This document shows positions 23,991 to 35,524 of a DNA stretch of 64,000 bases, piece after piece. This stretch comes from Neoechinorhynchus agilis (taxonomy: Eukaryota > Animalia > Acanthocephala). The notes beneath the pieces were generated by a model that worked only from the letters and a program-made list of their open reading frames with translations, was not told where the DNA came from and ran no database searches. Location: positions 10,704,784 to 10,768,783 of the forward strand of contig CM121341.1 in the NCBI GenBank assembly GCA_051530055.1, written 5' to 3'. The position numbers and the translations under genes are program-made. Within the stretch, counting starts at the first letter, position 1. Each line of letters begins with the position of its first letter.

Positions 23991-24699
23991 GTTTCTGGAA
24001 AAATAGAAAGCAAATCTTGCTTCTAGACTAGTGCATGTTTTCTTCTTTTCCAGAAAAAGAAACATACGTCACTGAGTGTTCATGAGATATCTGCTTGGAA
24101 TTTTCATCAAACTTTAATCGTGCGCAAAAGAACGCTTACCCAAGCAATCGATATCGAAAGTTCGAATCAGTTTGCTAAATTGGCTTATTTGATCAATAAA
24201 TATTTTAAGATGTGCTAATTGTCAAGAAGAAACGGAACATTAAAAAATAATCAATCATTTGTACAGAAAATCATTGGGGATGACGAAGCTAAAATTGTGG
24301 TAAATAATTGTTTTGTTCAGAGGTATTTTATTGTTTTTCAATTAAAACACTTAAACGAAGATTGATTTCTTAATTCAATAAAATACCTCTTATCCGCGGG
24401 GATAGTGTTTTCACCACAATTTTAATAAAAAATATTCAACTTATATATCGGACGTTTTGTTTACGATTTTCGGTAAAATGAGATTTTATCTAAAGATCGT
24501 TGAAATCTAAATTTTAACTTACAAATTAAAAAACATCTTACAATTCACAGAAAGAAAATCCTTCAGGATGATAAAGTTTTAATTGCGGTCCTCATATTCC
24601 CCCGGACAATAGATAATTTATTGAAATATTTCGCGAGAAAGCCACGTATCATCAGTCAACCAATAAAATGTCGATATGTGAAGTATCCGGCGAATGTGA

Positions 24700-24870
24700 T
24701 TGGAATTATTGTTTAGAAGTCTACATCCCCGGTAAATGATTATTTCGATTAAAAAAGTTTCGAACCTCGTCGGGTTCAAACAAACTGATGACGAACCCTA
24801 CGAGGTTCGCAGAACGTCTCCAATAAATAATCATTTACCGGGGATGTAGATTTCTAAACAATAATTCCAA
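24700..24870. mobile_element. Palindromic MITE-like element, family H3 (best copy)
   Basis: 46-bp inverted repeats TTGGAATTATTGTTTAGAA(G/A)TCTACATCCCCGGTAAATGATTATTT with one mismatch, plus internal inverted GAACC..GGTTC hairpins. Confidence 0.85.
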
Positions 24871-25934
24871 CCAAGAAAGTTTTGTATAATGTGGCCCAGG
24901 TCGGCTATTTCCGATTTATTAATAATTTTTTTGAAATACTGATGAGACGTAGCTTACTGGTGATATATTTCATGTCAAAAAATATCCATTACAATTCAAA
25001 CTTTATCATTCCAAAGGATTTTCTCTTTATGAATTGTAAGTTGTTTTTCAATTTGTAAATTAAAATTTAGACCTTAACAATCGTTATATAAAATTTCATT
25101 TTAGCGAAAACAATAATCCGGCAATGTTTGATAAACTATGAATTTGAGAGTTTGATGCATTTTGCTGTCAGTAGATTTTTTTTGCAACAAAAACGCTTTA
25201 ATCCGATGCCAACGGATATTTTTACAACATGGCTATGTCACTGGTTCAATGCCACTGGTCGCTGGGTTCCACGGGGGTTCGGAGGCTACTGGAAGGATGG
25301 GGTCAGGTTTTGAGATCGCCCATCGGCTCCAGAAGAGGGATTGGCCCTGCCCCTTCAAGTGGGGCTAAGCGCATCCGATGTTTGCAAGTCAGCCGAAAGG
25401 CTCCCAAAGAACGAAAAGGATCCCAAAAAAAGAAATGCCGTAAGGCCCTGAGTGTATACGATTTAAGATAAATAAAATAAAACATGACTTCGGCGCATTT
25501 TAATTTAAGTCATGGAATACACAATGTTTAATTCTTAGTTTAGTTAGTCGCTACGCATTTGTTTAAGAGCTTATTTGTTTAAGTGTTTTATCTATTTTCT
25601 GTCAAAAAGGAGCAATTTAATAAGGAGAGTTTATAATTAAATGTAAGTCATGATCGTTATTCGAGTGTTCTTAAGCACCAAATTAGACTAAGTACCGATC
25701 AATAACTTTAATTTTTGACTAAAGTTCCCAGCACAAAGTACGTCTTTTTTCTAACACATCAAAAAGTCAGATTGCAAAATTAAATCAACCGATTTTAGTG
25801 CTTGAGGCTAATAATCAAACCTTATTTCAAACTCATCATAAAGTTAAAAGCAAACGAATCTGGGAGCTTGGTTTTTAAAACTCATTAAAAACTAAAATTG
25901 AACTCATTCGAAGTTTAGGATCAAATGGAGCGAG

Positions 25935-26074
25935 GAAATAAAAAATGGAACTCGGGACACATATCCGAAATAGTGGAAATGAAGATTGAGGGAACTTGGA
26001 GACGAGGCAGACCCAAGAAAGATGTAGACTTAGTTGCAGAGGACAAGCGGTCAAGAGAGATGATGATGATGATG
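25935..26074 (+). mobile_element. 3' fragment of an RTE-like non-LTR retrotransposon with a (GAT)n tail
   Basis: Translates KWNSGHISEIVEMKIEGTWRRGRPKKDVD, like the RTE C-terminal W-GH...G-R-RGRP motif, then GATGATGATGATGATG. Confidence 0.6.
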
Positions 26075-26613
26075 AACTATGTTTGATTGTACATTTTTGT
26101 GCGGCCCCGAAAAGGGATAAGCACGAAGTAAGAACGTATTCGAAGCTTCATATTTCGTGATGTAGTCAAACTTAAGGCGATAAATTGGAAACACAAGATA
26201 ATCTCGCCGATAAAATCTATTATTATTCGCGTCGGAACACCTACCTTACAAATGTTATGATATGCGAATAGCCTTTGTTGAAACATAAGATTAGTATGCA
26301 GGTTTTCATTCCAAATTGCATGCTTAAAAGATTCGAGAGGAGGAGGAAGATGGGTAAGCAGTATTGTTTTTAACGGGCATCTAGCTTCTTACCTTTCTCT
26401 TACCCACATTAGACAACTTCTTTAAAATATTATGCTTTTCTTTGTTCAATTTTGAACGAATTTGACTTGGCGATTTAGTGATCGTTTGTCTTAACAACGA
26501 TTTAAAATGATTGGATGGCGGCATTCTACAAAGAAACTGTGTAGGAAATTAACATAAATTGGGCTATAACGGCGAATCTTTCACATTAAGCAGTTTCAAA
26601 TTTTATTTTTGAA

Positions 26614-28638
26614 CTACAATCTTAAGAGATTTCTTGCTGGATCTTCAATTAGAAGCTTAACTTTAGCTAAGAACCTGGCCGCCTGCTCGCCATCGATTAG
26701 TCTATGATCATAAGTCAAAGAAGTGAAAGTAATTGGACGGATCACGACCTAGATGTGGATTGGTAATAATTATTTTTTCTATGAACAAAATTCGATTCAC
26801 CTTTCCGTCGACCACGACCGGTCTATCCTTTACACCGTAAATTCCTAATATTCCCGACTGACCAAGGTTTAGTATAGGAGTGCCGAATAGGCCTCCGTGG
26901 ATTCCCGTGTTCGTCACTGTAAAGGTACCACCTTCGAGATCTTCTGACGTTAATAGACGAGATCTAGCTTTTTTCGCCAAATCAAAAATCGCTTTCTCAA
27001 TTGCAGGATAGCTGAGAAGCTCCGCGTTTCGAATCACAGGTACAACTAATCCTTTGTCCGTAGACACGGCTATACCCATATCTACGTAATGCCTATAGAC
27101 GATATCATCGCCTTCAATTATGATCAGGACTTTAATCGATTAAAGTAGCTAAGATGAAAATCCTGCTTTACAGCGTTTATCTCAGGAAACTCCAAAAGTG
27201 CGCGGACAGTTGCAGTCACAAACGTAGACATGAACCCGAGCTTGACTCCGTACCGATCCTGGAATTCCTGTTGGAATGTATTTCGCATTTTAATGACTCC
27301 ACTAAAAATGCGAACATCGATAGCTTGATGTGTTAAATAAGGAATTTTTCTAATTTTAATCGCATTCTCGTCACAAATAAAGGCAAGAACAGCCATTTGT
27401 GATTTCTTGAAAAAAGGCAACGGTCGTGAGATGGGTTGTGAAGCTCGACAAAAATGTTAAAAAAATGAGTTCATTTCGCATAAAAGTGTAAATTTTGGAA
27501 TTGTGATGAAGATAATCCAGGTTAGAAATCTTTTTATTGTTCGCGAAACACTTAAACAATGATTGATGAAGCGAAGTTTCCACTTTCGAAATATTTCGCG
27601 AACAATAAAATTATTTCGAACCAAGTCAACATTTACCATCCCAATGGATTTTCTCTCGATATGATTAAAAGTGCAAATGTTCAAATTCAAGAGATTTACT
27701 GTTTTTGCATTGAAATTTGTACAAAAGAACCAATATTTAGCACAGGATTTTCTGACGAAATCATAATTTAAAAACTCTACAATAGTCGAGCCACAATGAA
27801 ATTTTTGTTGTTAAATTTAACCTACCTCATATCAACTTCGTTAAAAGTCGAAACAGAGACTGTAGTGCTCTGAGATTCCTTTAAGCGTTTCGATATGTTA
27901 CCACGCATTCGAGACATTCTCTCCTGTTCGATTCTGCAAAAATCATAGATATCAATAATCGACTTACCCTTGTCTCAGGTCTTTCCGCGTCTATTGAACC
28001 CATTTTCTCTTCGTCTTTGGGGAGTTTCGCTTCTTCAACGTGAACCGATTTTACGCTGTCAATTTCCATTTTTTTCTTCTCTTCATCCTTTTTAGGTTCT
28101 TGAGGAGACTCAGCAGGTTTTTCCTCCTTATTATCCATTCTAGTAGCTTCCGAAACCTCATCTAAAGTTTTTGCGAGAATTCGTGTTAAAATACAGATAA
28201 AAGAACAAAAAATACAAACCATTAATATAAAAAAGTTCATCGCCGATTTGAACGGTCGAAGCGTCCTCAGCTACAAATCTCTCAATTACACCAGCGGATG
28301 GACTTAATACAGGCACGTTGATCTTCTCAGTTTCTATATTAGCCACCACATCGTCTTTTTGCACGCTTTCTCCTGACTAAAAATCATGTTTAATAAAAAA
28401 GAGCAAAATAATGATTGATAAGCACCTTTTTGACAAAGAAAACCTGACCGTCTTTAACAGTTTCACCTCCAAGTGCTGGAACTTTGACAAGTACAGAGGC
28501 AAAACGGTTCCATTGAAGAATACGCTGACGATAACTGGATTTCCAAATCGGCAGCAGAGTTTGACCGAATGTCTAAATGCGCAAAAAGATAAAAGAAGTC
28601 CTTTTTGTGGCGTTCAATACCTTGCAGTATCGAAACAT
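26614..28638 (-). CDS. DLST: Dihydrolipoamide succinyltransferase (2-oxoglutarate dehydrogenase E2), mitochondrial, multi-exon
   Basis: Presequence MFRYCK|[17 protein letters not shown]; lipoyl domain [14 protein letters not shown]...[13 protein letters not shown]; [16 protein letters not shown]; KLGFMSTF; GGTFTVTN; [10 protein letters not shown]. Confidence 0.95.
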
Positions 28639-29607
28639 TTCGTTGTCGTTGGTACAAACGAATCACACACACAAAAGTCGTAGCCGATGAGTTGTTGTAG
28701 TTAAAGACACGGCGATTGGGGGTGGTGTATCTAACGACACACTCGAAGAAATGGTTTACAATCAAGTGACATAGTCAAAACAAAATGCTTTGTCGCATTG
28801 GTGAACTCCTCGAAAACTCACGTAGCATTGTAGCGCTTTCAGTTTGGAACATGAAATGAGTGTGTTTCGCAAATGCCAGAGTTTTCAAATATAAGACAAA
28901 AAAATGGCATCCGGAACGGTCTTCAACAAATCATTGAACCTGATGAATCAACAAAACACAAGCATTTCAATAAAATGTTCACTGATTAAAAGTATTTTCT
29001 TTTTAAATGTTTCTCAACAAACATGACATGTTCATTTTAATTGGGGAATAAACGTCGATTAAAGTATGCCATAACGTCAAAACTAATTGTATAAAATCAT
29101 AAATGAAAGTCAATTTGTTCAGATTTTTTTAAAAAATCATTGAAAACTCAAGAATTTTGTCTGAAATTGAAATCAACACCAAGAAACTTAAACCATAATG
29201 ACGCTTTCAAACTCGGCTTTGCTTATCAATAAAGACTTAGTGTTCTCGAACTACCAATAATTATTGGCAATATACGGACTTTAATACCCGGACTACGATT
29301 AAGGAAATCATCAGGACCATGTTGGGTTTGTTGCGATTTGGAATAGTACGTACTCAAGAACATTTGAATCGACAAACGCGTGAAATATTGGATAAGGTTT
29401 CAAAGTTCACTGTAAGTGTCATTTAGTGAATGAATAAGAAGTGAATCTGTGGACGAAACAAAAAAAGAAAGGATAAGAGTAAGAGTAAAATACAATATCC
29501 TTTTTATTTTCCATCATTAGGCAACTAGAATCGGTGGGTATTAAAAAAATTTATTTTAAAGGGAATTCTGGATTCTCAAGGCAATTTGGTCGTATGAATG
29601 AATTCAT

Positions 29608-29833
29608 TTGCGAGGAATACATGTGTTTGTGCCTATTGGGAATGAGACCTACGGATCTCTTGATAGCAAGGCTCTTTAACTCCTGAGGGATCTAAAGCGA
29701 CACCTTCAGGTTACAATCGATGATGCAAGGTCAGGTCAATACCTGGTTCAAAATATCAGCATCGCCGTGTTGAGAGGCAACACTGTAAGCATTCGGGCGA
29801 CAATTGAGGACGAGGACGGCTCTTTAAAATAAA
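29608..29833 (+). mobile_element. 3' fragment of a CRE-type (restriction-like endonuclease) non-LTR retrotransposon, degenerate
   Basis: VFVPIGNETYGSLDSKAL*LLRDL...SGQYLVQNISIAVLRGNTVSI matches the F-P---ET-G...IS-A-QRGN terminal motif; one internal stop. Confidence 0.75.
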
Positions 29834-30444
29834 ACCATGATTGAATATTTATATTTTATAAAGATTACCTAGAAATGAAGTTTCCTCGGAGAATTAAAAC
29901 ACACTATCGGACTAAGATGACCGGTAAAATCAAGGTTTCAGTCATAAAATCACGATTTACGTAAAGGAAAGTGATTTGATTTACTCACAAATCAGTGTTC
30001 GCAGAATTTGATTGGCTATTTCTGAATAATAGAAAAGAAGAAATCAGGTTGAATCAATACGGTCAGTTAGGTTTTAGATTATCGTCAACTTATTTGAATA
30101 CTAAATGTTGATAATACGAATTTTTTTAATGAGCATCAGAAATTATTTCGTGTAGTACTTAAAAATCTCAATATTCAATACACAAAGAAAGTTAGTGTTT
30201 TGATTCGACTTAAAAAAAAGAGTTATCGGAGTGTAAGAAAAATATCGACTGATGAAAATCTTTTTATTACAGAATGCAAAGTCCATGTTGGCCACATAAA
30301 GCCGTTTATGATATTGATTGGTGAATACAATAAACGGTAATTTATGGGAAATTGAGGAGCAAACAATAACACAGAGATCATCGCACGTTAAATTGAAAAT
30401 GAAGATCAATAAACAAAAAACTTTTTCTTAGTTTTCCCACGCTA

Positions 30445-31843
30445 TAAGATACAGTTTTTCAAAGCGCCCTCAAAAATTCACTAATTTATATAACCGATAT
30501 TCCAATTCTCGGATAATTCCGACGCTTCTAAGTTTTCTACAATGTAAATTCGTGAGAAAACTAACAAGCAATCAGAAGCCTCGGAAAAAAATAATCGGTT
30601 AATTTAAATCGGAGGGGTAGCAAAACTAAGAAAAAGAAAGTATATTTTCCACCAACAAATTTCTTTTTTACTAAAGAAAAACACTGTGAATGTCGGATTA
30701 AAATAGTTAGAAACCTTGATTCGTTCAAATTTGAATGTATATTCAATTCTTGGATCGTAAGGGACTTCAAATTTGAGAAATGGTTCTAATTTTTAGAGCG
30801 AGAAGATACAGTTATTCAAAGCGCCCTGAAAAATTCACTAATTTATTTAACCGATATTCCACTTCTCGGATAATTCCGACATTTCTTCAAGGTTTATCAT
30901 TGCTTCTAAGTTTTCTACAATGTAAATTCGTGAGAAAACTCACAAGCAATCATAAGCCTCGGAAATAAATCATCGGTGAACTTAAATCAGAGGGTTGGCA
31001 AAACTAAGAAAAAGAAAGTATATTTTCCACCAACAAATTTCTTTTTTACTAAAGAAAAATACTGTGAATGTCGGATCAAAATAGTTAGAAACCTTGATTC
31101 GTTTAAATTTGAATGTATATTCAATTCTTAAGTAATCATAAGCCTCGGAAATAAATCATCGGTTAATTTAAATCGGAGGGGTGGCAAAACTAAGAAAAAG
31201 AAAGTATATTTTCCCCCAACAAATTTCTTTTTTACTAAAGAAAAATACTGTGAATGTCGGATCAAAATAGCTAGAAACCTTGATTCGTTTAAATTTGAAT
31301 GTATATTCAATTCTTGGATCGTAAGAGACTACAAATTTGAGAAATGGTTCTAACTTTTCGAGCGAGAAGATACAGTTTTTCAAAGAGCATTCAAAAATTC
31401 ACTAATTTATTTAACCGACATCCCACTTCTCGGATAATTCCGACATTTCTTCAAGGTTTATCATTGCTTCTAAGTTTTCTACAATGTAAATTCGTGAGAA
31501 AACTCACAAGCAATCAGAAGCCTCGGAAACAAATCATCGGTTAATTTAAATCGGAGGGGTGGCAAAACTAAGAAAAAGAAAGTATATTTTCCCCCAGCAA
31601 ATTTCTTTTTTACTAAAGAAAAACACTGTGAATGTCGGATCAAAATAGCTAGAAACCTTGATTCGTTTAAATTTTAATGTATATTCAATTCTTGGATCGT
31701 AAGAGACTACAAATTTGAGAAATGGTTCTAATTTTTAGAGAGAGAAGATACAGTTTTTCAAAGCGCATTCAAAAATTCACTAATTTATTTAGCCGACATT
31801 CCACGTCTCGGATAATTCCGACATTTCTTCAAGGTTTATCATT
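30445..31843. repeat. Tandem array of about 375-bp units (about 4, with internal deletions); remnant resumes near 32230-32280
   Basis: Repeated AATTCACTAATTTAT...TCGGATAATTCCGAC...AAATCGGAGGGGTGGCAAAACTAAGAAAAAGAAAG. Confidence 0.9.
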
Positions 31844-31884
31844 ATGTCGGTCCTTAATTCGTAAATACTTGGAAACAAAATAAT

Positions 31885-32158
31885 ATTATGGAAAGCCTCT
31901 TTTCCCAACACCCTCGTGTTTTATTCCAGATTTATTATCGAACGGAAAATGGGTGTTTTATTTGTTTATTGCTTCAAATTTTCGACGCCTTGCGTCTTCG
32001 TCAGGAAGTTTTTCTTCGGTTGATGAGCTAACGGACAGCGTTGCCCTCCTCTGATTCCTTTTCAGACAACCGAAGAAAAGCTTCCTGACGAAGACGCAAG
32101 GCGTCGAAAATTTGAAGCAATAAACAAATAAAACACCCATTTTCCGTTCGATAATAAA
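31885..32158. mobile_element. Family H1 copy 2, flanked by a 13-bp direct repeat; hammerhead-like motifs at 31971-32009 (-) and 32080-32118 (+)
   Basis: ACTTGGAAACAAA at 31867-31879 and 32159-32171; arms homologous to 2421-2727. Confidence 0.85.
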
Positions 32159-32414
32159 ACTTGGAAACAAAGATAAACCTTATGAAAATGCTTGAATTAT
32201 TCGAGATGTGAAATATCGGGGAAATAAATTAGTGAACTCAAATCAGAGGGGTGGGGAAAAACTAAGAAAAAGAAAGTCCCTTTTCCCAATCGAAGATAAT
32301 AATCGGAGAGGTCAATAACGATTTGTGTAAACAATTCGACTAAAAAAATATCACTAATCGAATTGAGGTGAATGTTCGATTGATGCGTTTATGAAGTTAC
32401 GAGAAAAATTAAAC

Positions 32415-32514
32415 TACTTTTTTTATAGCGAATTATCAAATCATTGATTTATTTGACATTTTTCGGCCGTCGCGTAGGCCTTCTTCAATTATTATAATTC
32501 GCTATAAAAAAGTA
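32415..32514. repeat. H2-like short inverted repeat enclosing a hammerhead-like core on the minus strand
   Basis: TACTTTTTTTATAGCGAATT / AATTCGCTATAAAAAAGTA arms; minus strand TTGAAGA A GGCC TACGCGAC GGCC GAAA. Confidence 0.55.
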
Positions 32515-32753
32515 AAAATTAAATTTTATCTCTTTAGAAAAGGCAACTTAACACCCACCGAAAACCGCTCTCTTTCTTAGTTGAAATGATGATTTTCTTT
32601 GTGACACCGACCTAAACGTGATTCATGACGAACAAACGGGAAAGAAAGATCTCCTGATAGAGTAGATAAAAAATTAAATCTAAAATGCAAATTGCGCTCG
32701 AAATCTTAGTCTGTTAAAAGCATTAATAGAAATTTAGCGTTTCCTCGCTAAGA

Positions 32754-33035
32754 AAGTGTCCTAATTCCGATTTCAAAGCTCATCGACTTTTCCAATTGTG
32801 TTTCTTGAATTTAAAGTGTTTTTATTGAAAGTTCAATAAATTATCTTCTCTAACATTTTCCCCTTAAAAGAATTCCGAATCATTCAACAATTTGACATCG
32901 AATAAAGTGTCCTAACTCCGATTTGAAAGCTTTATTGCTTTTCCGATTGGATCTTTCCCCTGAAAAGAATACCGAATCATTTGACAATTTGACATCGAAT
33001 AAAGTATCCTAATTCCGATTTGAAAGGTTTATTGC
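32754..33035. repeat. Three degenerate copies of a short AAGTGTCCTAATTCCGATTT(C/G)AAAG motif
   Basis: Seen near 32754, 32905 and 33001, upstream of SDE2. Confidence 0.55.
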
Positions 33036-33112
33036 TTTTCCGGCTGGATTTATTTAATCTTTAGTTGTCTTTACAAAAAGTTCAATAGTAACCTTCGGTC
33101 GTCCTAATTTAG

Positions 33113-33814
33113 ATGCATATTTATTTGTGCAATGGATCCGATGGGAACCAAGTTCGCTTTTCAGTTCCAGAGGATGCCCGAGCTTCGTATTTATTTCATC
33201 TTTTGGGGAATGGCGATTATCATGTTACCTGCAATGCCCGTGCCGTTGGTCCCATGACTCCGTTGGAGCATAACGGTGTATATCGTTGCTACATAAGACT
33301 TCGGGCTGGCAAAGGAGGATTCGGTTCATTGTTGCGTGCATTTGGGAAGCAAATTCTAATCTCGAATAATAAAGACGCTTGTCGTGATTTGAACGGTCGT
33401 CGAATTCGGGATGTTAATAATGAGAAGAAGTTGAAAGAGTGGCTTTTAAAGCAATCCAAACAAGAAGAGGAAAAGCCGCTTAAAAACAAAGATCGTGATT
33501 CTTTGGATCAAAAGCATGTTTTAATGGAACGTTTGTACATGCGACAAAGGTCTTATATTCAAGAGCAAGTCGGTAAAGCTGTCGATGCCGGATTCGAGTT
33601 GTGTATCCAAAGAAACAACAATAACCGCAAAAATGACCGTGAAATGGAGGTTGGTAGAAAAAGAGCGGAAAATATGCTGCTCGATGATGATGACTTTAGT
33701 GATTCGGACTCTGAAGAAGATGAAGTTATTCGTATTGATCAGGAGTTGTATGATAAAATTATGGCTGAAAATGAATCCGTCGAAGAATACATGAATAAGA
33801 TGGAATCTGCTTAA
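33113..33814 (+). CDS. SDE2: SDE2 homolog (ubiquitin-fold-activated splicing / replication-stress factor), intronless, 233 aa
   Basis: N-terminal UBL-sized region, then RLRAGKGGFGSLLRAFG...NKDACRDLNGRRIRDVNNEKKLKEW, the diagnostic Sde2 motif. Confidence 0.92.
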   Translation: MHIYLCNGSDGNQVRFSVPEDARASYLFHLLGNGDYHVTCNARAVGPMTPLEHNGVYRCYIRLRAGKGGFGSLLRAFGKQILISNNKDACRDLNGRRIRDVNNEKKLKEWLLKQSKQEEEKPLKNKDRDSLDQKHVLMERLYMRQRSYIQEQVGKAVDAGFELCIQRNNNNRKNDREMEVGRKRAENMLLDDDDFSDSDSEEDEVIRIDQELYDKIMAENESVEEYMNKMESA

Positions 33815-34139
33815 CGATTACCAACAGTGCATTTGTGCTTTCAACTATGCAATAGTAGAACCGTTGTTTACGTGCATCTCGGTTTTACTATTAAAAACAA
33901 TTTTGCCGATTGGATTTGTTGTGGCTTCCTCAATGTAGGTTTTTTATGCGATGATCACCAACCCCTTCATCTCAAATGATTTTCCCTCCATGTTTTTTTT
34001 GCCAGATGAATGTCGTTCAATCGCGCTTAAAAACGGCCGTATTTATGGAGCAGGTTTAATATTTTTTCGATGTTTTGAAATATTCAAGCGTTCTTATTCT
34101 TCGTATGTTACGTTTTTTGTTGTTGTATAGACGACCCTC

Positions 34140-34358
34140 CTAATCAATGTTCCTCGTTCCATAACGGATATCTCCGTAGATCAAAAGAGCGTGAGTCATG
34201 TTTGTTTTGTTTAGGCGAAGATTGTTTGTTGTTTGTATAGGCAACCATTTCCTCTCGTTCAATAAAAGTATGTAAATGGTAGCGATGATCATGACGACAA
34301 CGATAATTAGAATCCCAAGAATGAGACATAAGATTCTCGATAGTCTGATTTGTGGCAT
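34140..34358 (-). CDS. Hypothetical small single-pass membrane protein, 72 aa
   Basis: ATG start; hydrophobic ILCLILGILIIVVVMIIATIYILLL followed by a polar tail. Confidence 0.4.
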   Translation of the reverse strand: MPQIRLSRILCLILGILIIVVVMIIATIYILLLNERKWLPIQTTNNLRLNKTNMTHALLIYGDIRYGTRNID

Positions 34359-34824
34359 TTGTTTCGATTTCCTCAGTTGTCCCCGTTAAATATTAGTCTG
34401 GGCCGATTATGTATTTCACAGCACCAGTCTCGCTTGATCTCTATTATGGCCAGCATTTATCATGCCACCTCACATTAATGTATGTGCATTATCGTGATCC
34501 AGATGGATCCATTGGAATGCGTAGGAGTGCATGACAGGTTCATAGTTGTCCTATTTTTCAAAAGATATTCCTCAAGGATCAGTGCGGTGTGTCTCCGGAA
34601 ATTCCGCAGTGAAGCTACGGTTCAATGCTTTTAGGTAGCTGCGAATTTCAAAAGCGATTTTACGCGTTTCTGTTTTTGAAAACTCAGGATAAAGCCGCCA
34701 TGATCTACTTTTTGGAGTTGAAAAAGTCCGAAATATTGTATAAAAAAGGAATTAATCTCTATTTTCTTATTACCAAAGAGAACAACTTTTTTACAAAAAC
34801 TAGAAAGCGGTGAATAATGGGGGG

Positions 34825-34975
34825 GTTTTGTACTAAAAAACGTTCTACGGACCTCGTCAGGTTCATCATCAGTCGTCTTTTAATAACTAACAAACTGATA
34901 AGGAACCTTACGAGGTTCGTAGAGCGTCTTTTAATGCAAAAAAACTCATTATTTATCGGGTGGAGACTTCAAAAC
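34825..34975. mobile_element. Degenerate copy of family H3
   Basis: ACGTTCTACGGACCTCGTCAGGTTCATCATCAG ... CTGATAAGGAACCTTACGAGGTTCGTAGAGCGT inverted pair. Confidence 0.6.
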
Positions 34976-35284
34976 TCTAAGAAAATCTCACGAAGAATTC
35001 TTTGAGCCAAGTTGTAAAATTGACGATTGACTCACTCAAAGCAACTTTCCAGTCTCATTTCGTAAATACTTATCAAATCATCCAGAAAATCGGAATTTTA
35101 GATAAATTGGCTTCAAGAACAATGCTGCATTCAATTGTCCTCGTTTCATAACCTCCGATTATGTAACGAAAACTGTTCGTTCAAAGCAGGTGACTGTTCC
35201 AATTGTCTGTCGCTTCAATATTCGCAGAAGATTCTCTTATAAATATATAGGAACATCAGGAATTCTGTGAAATTTCGTACTTAA

Positions 35285-35524
35285 ATGAATCGTTCAGGAG
35301 ATCTTAGGTGTGGACCAGGAACAGACTCCGCTAAAAGACTCACTATTATGTGTCTTGTCCTCGGATCAATTCTGCTTCTCATGTTTGTCATTTTATTGTG
35401 TGGTAGTCTCTATTTTTCAATAAAGCAAATGGATAGATATTATTGCTCTATGGACAATCGAAGAATAGGACGAAGTTTTGGACATATAGGTGAATCAAGA
35501 AAACGTTCGTTTACTTCTCTATGA
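35285..35524 (+). CDS. Hypothetical small single-pass membrane protein, 79 aa
   Basis: ATG start with TATAAA about 45 bp upstream; TM segment IMCLVLGSILLLMFVILLCGSLYF; basic C-terminal tail. Confidence 0.5.
   Translation: MNRSGDLRCGPGTDSAKRLTIMCLVLGSILLLMFVILLCGSLYFSIKQMDRYYCSMDNRRIGRSFGHIGESRKRSFTSL

Noticed and set aside
22045-24065. Repeated 60-227 aa ORFs (MERIRSQMSVFF...)
   Set aside because: They are translations of the 178-bp satellite; frames shift between units and there is no coding signature.
25128-25485. GC-rich island with four short overlapping ORFs
   Set aside because: Probably a mobile-element remnant, but no motif was identifiable.
1-28638. Six consecutive housekeeping genes on the minus strand as one polycistron
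   Set aside because: Intergenic gaps are several kb and filled with repeats; co-orientation alone is weak evidence.
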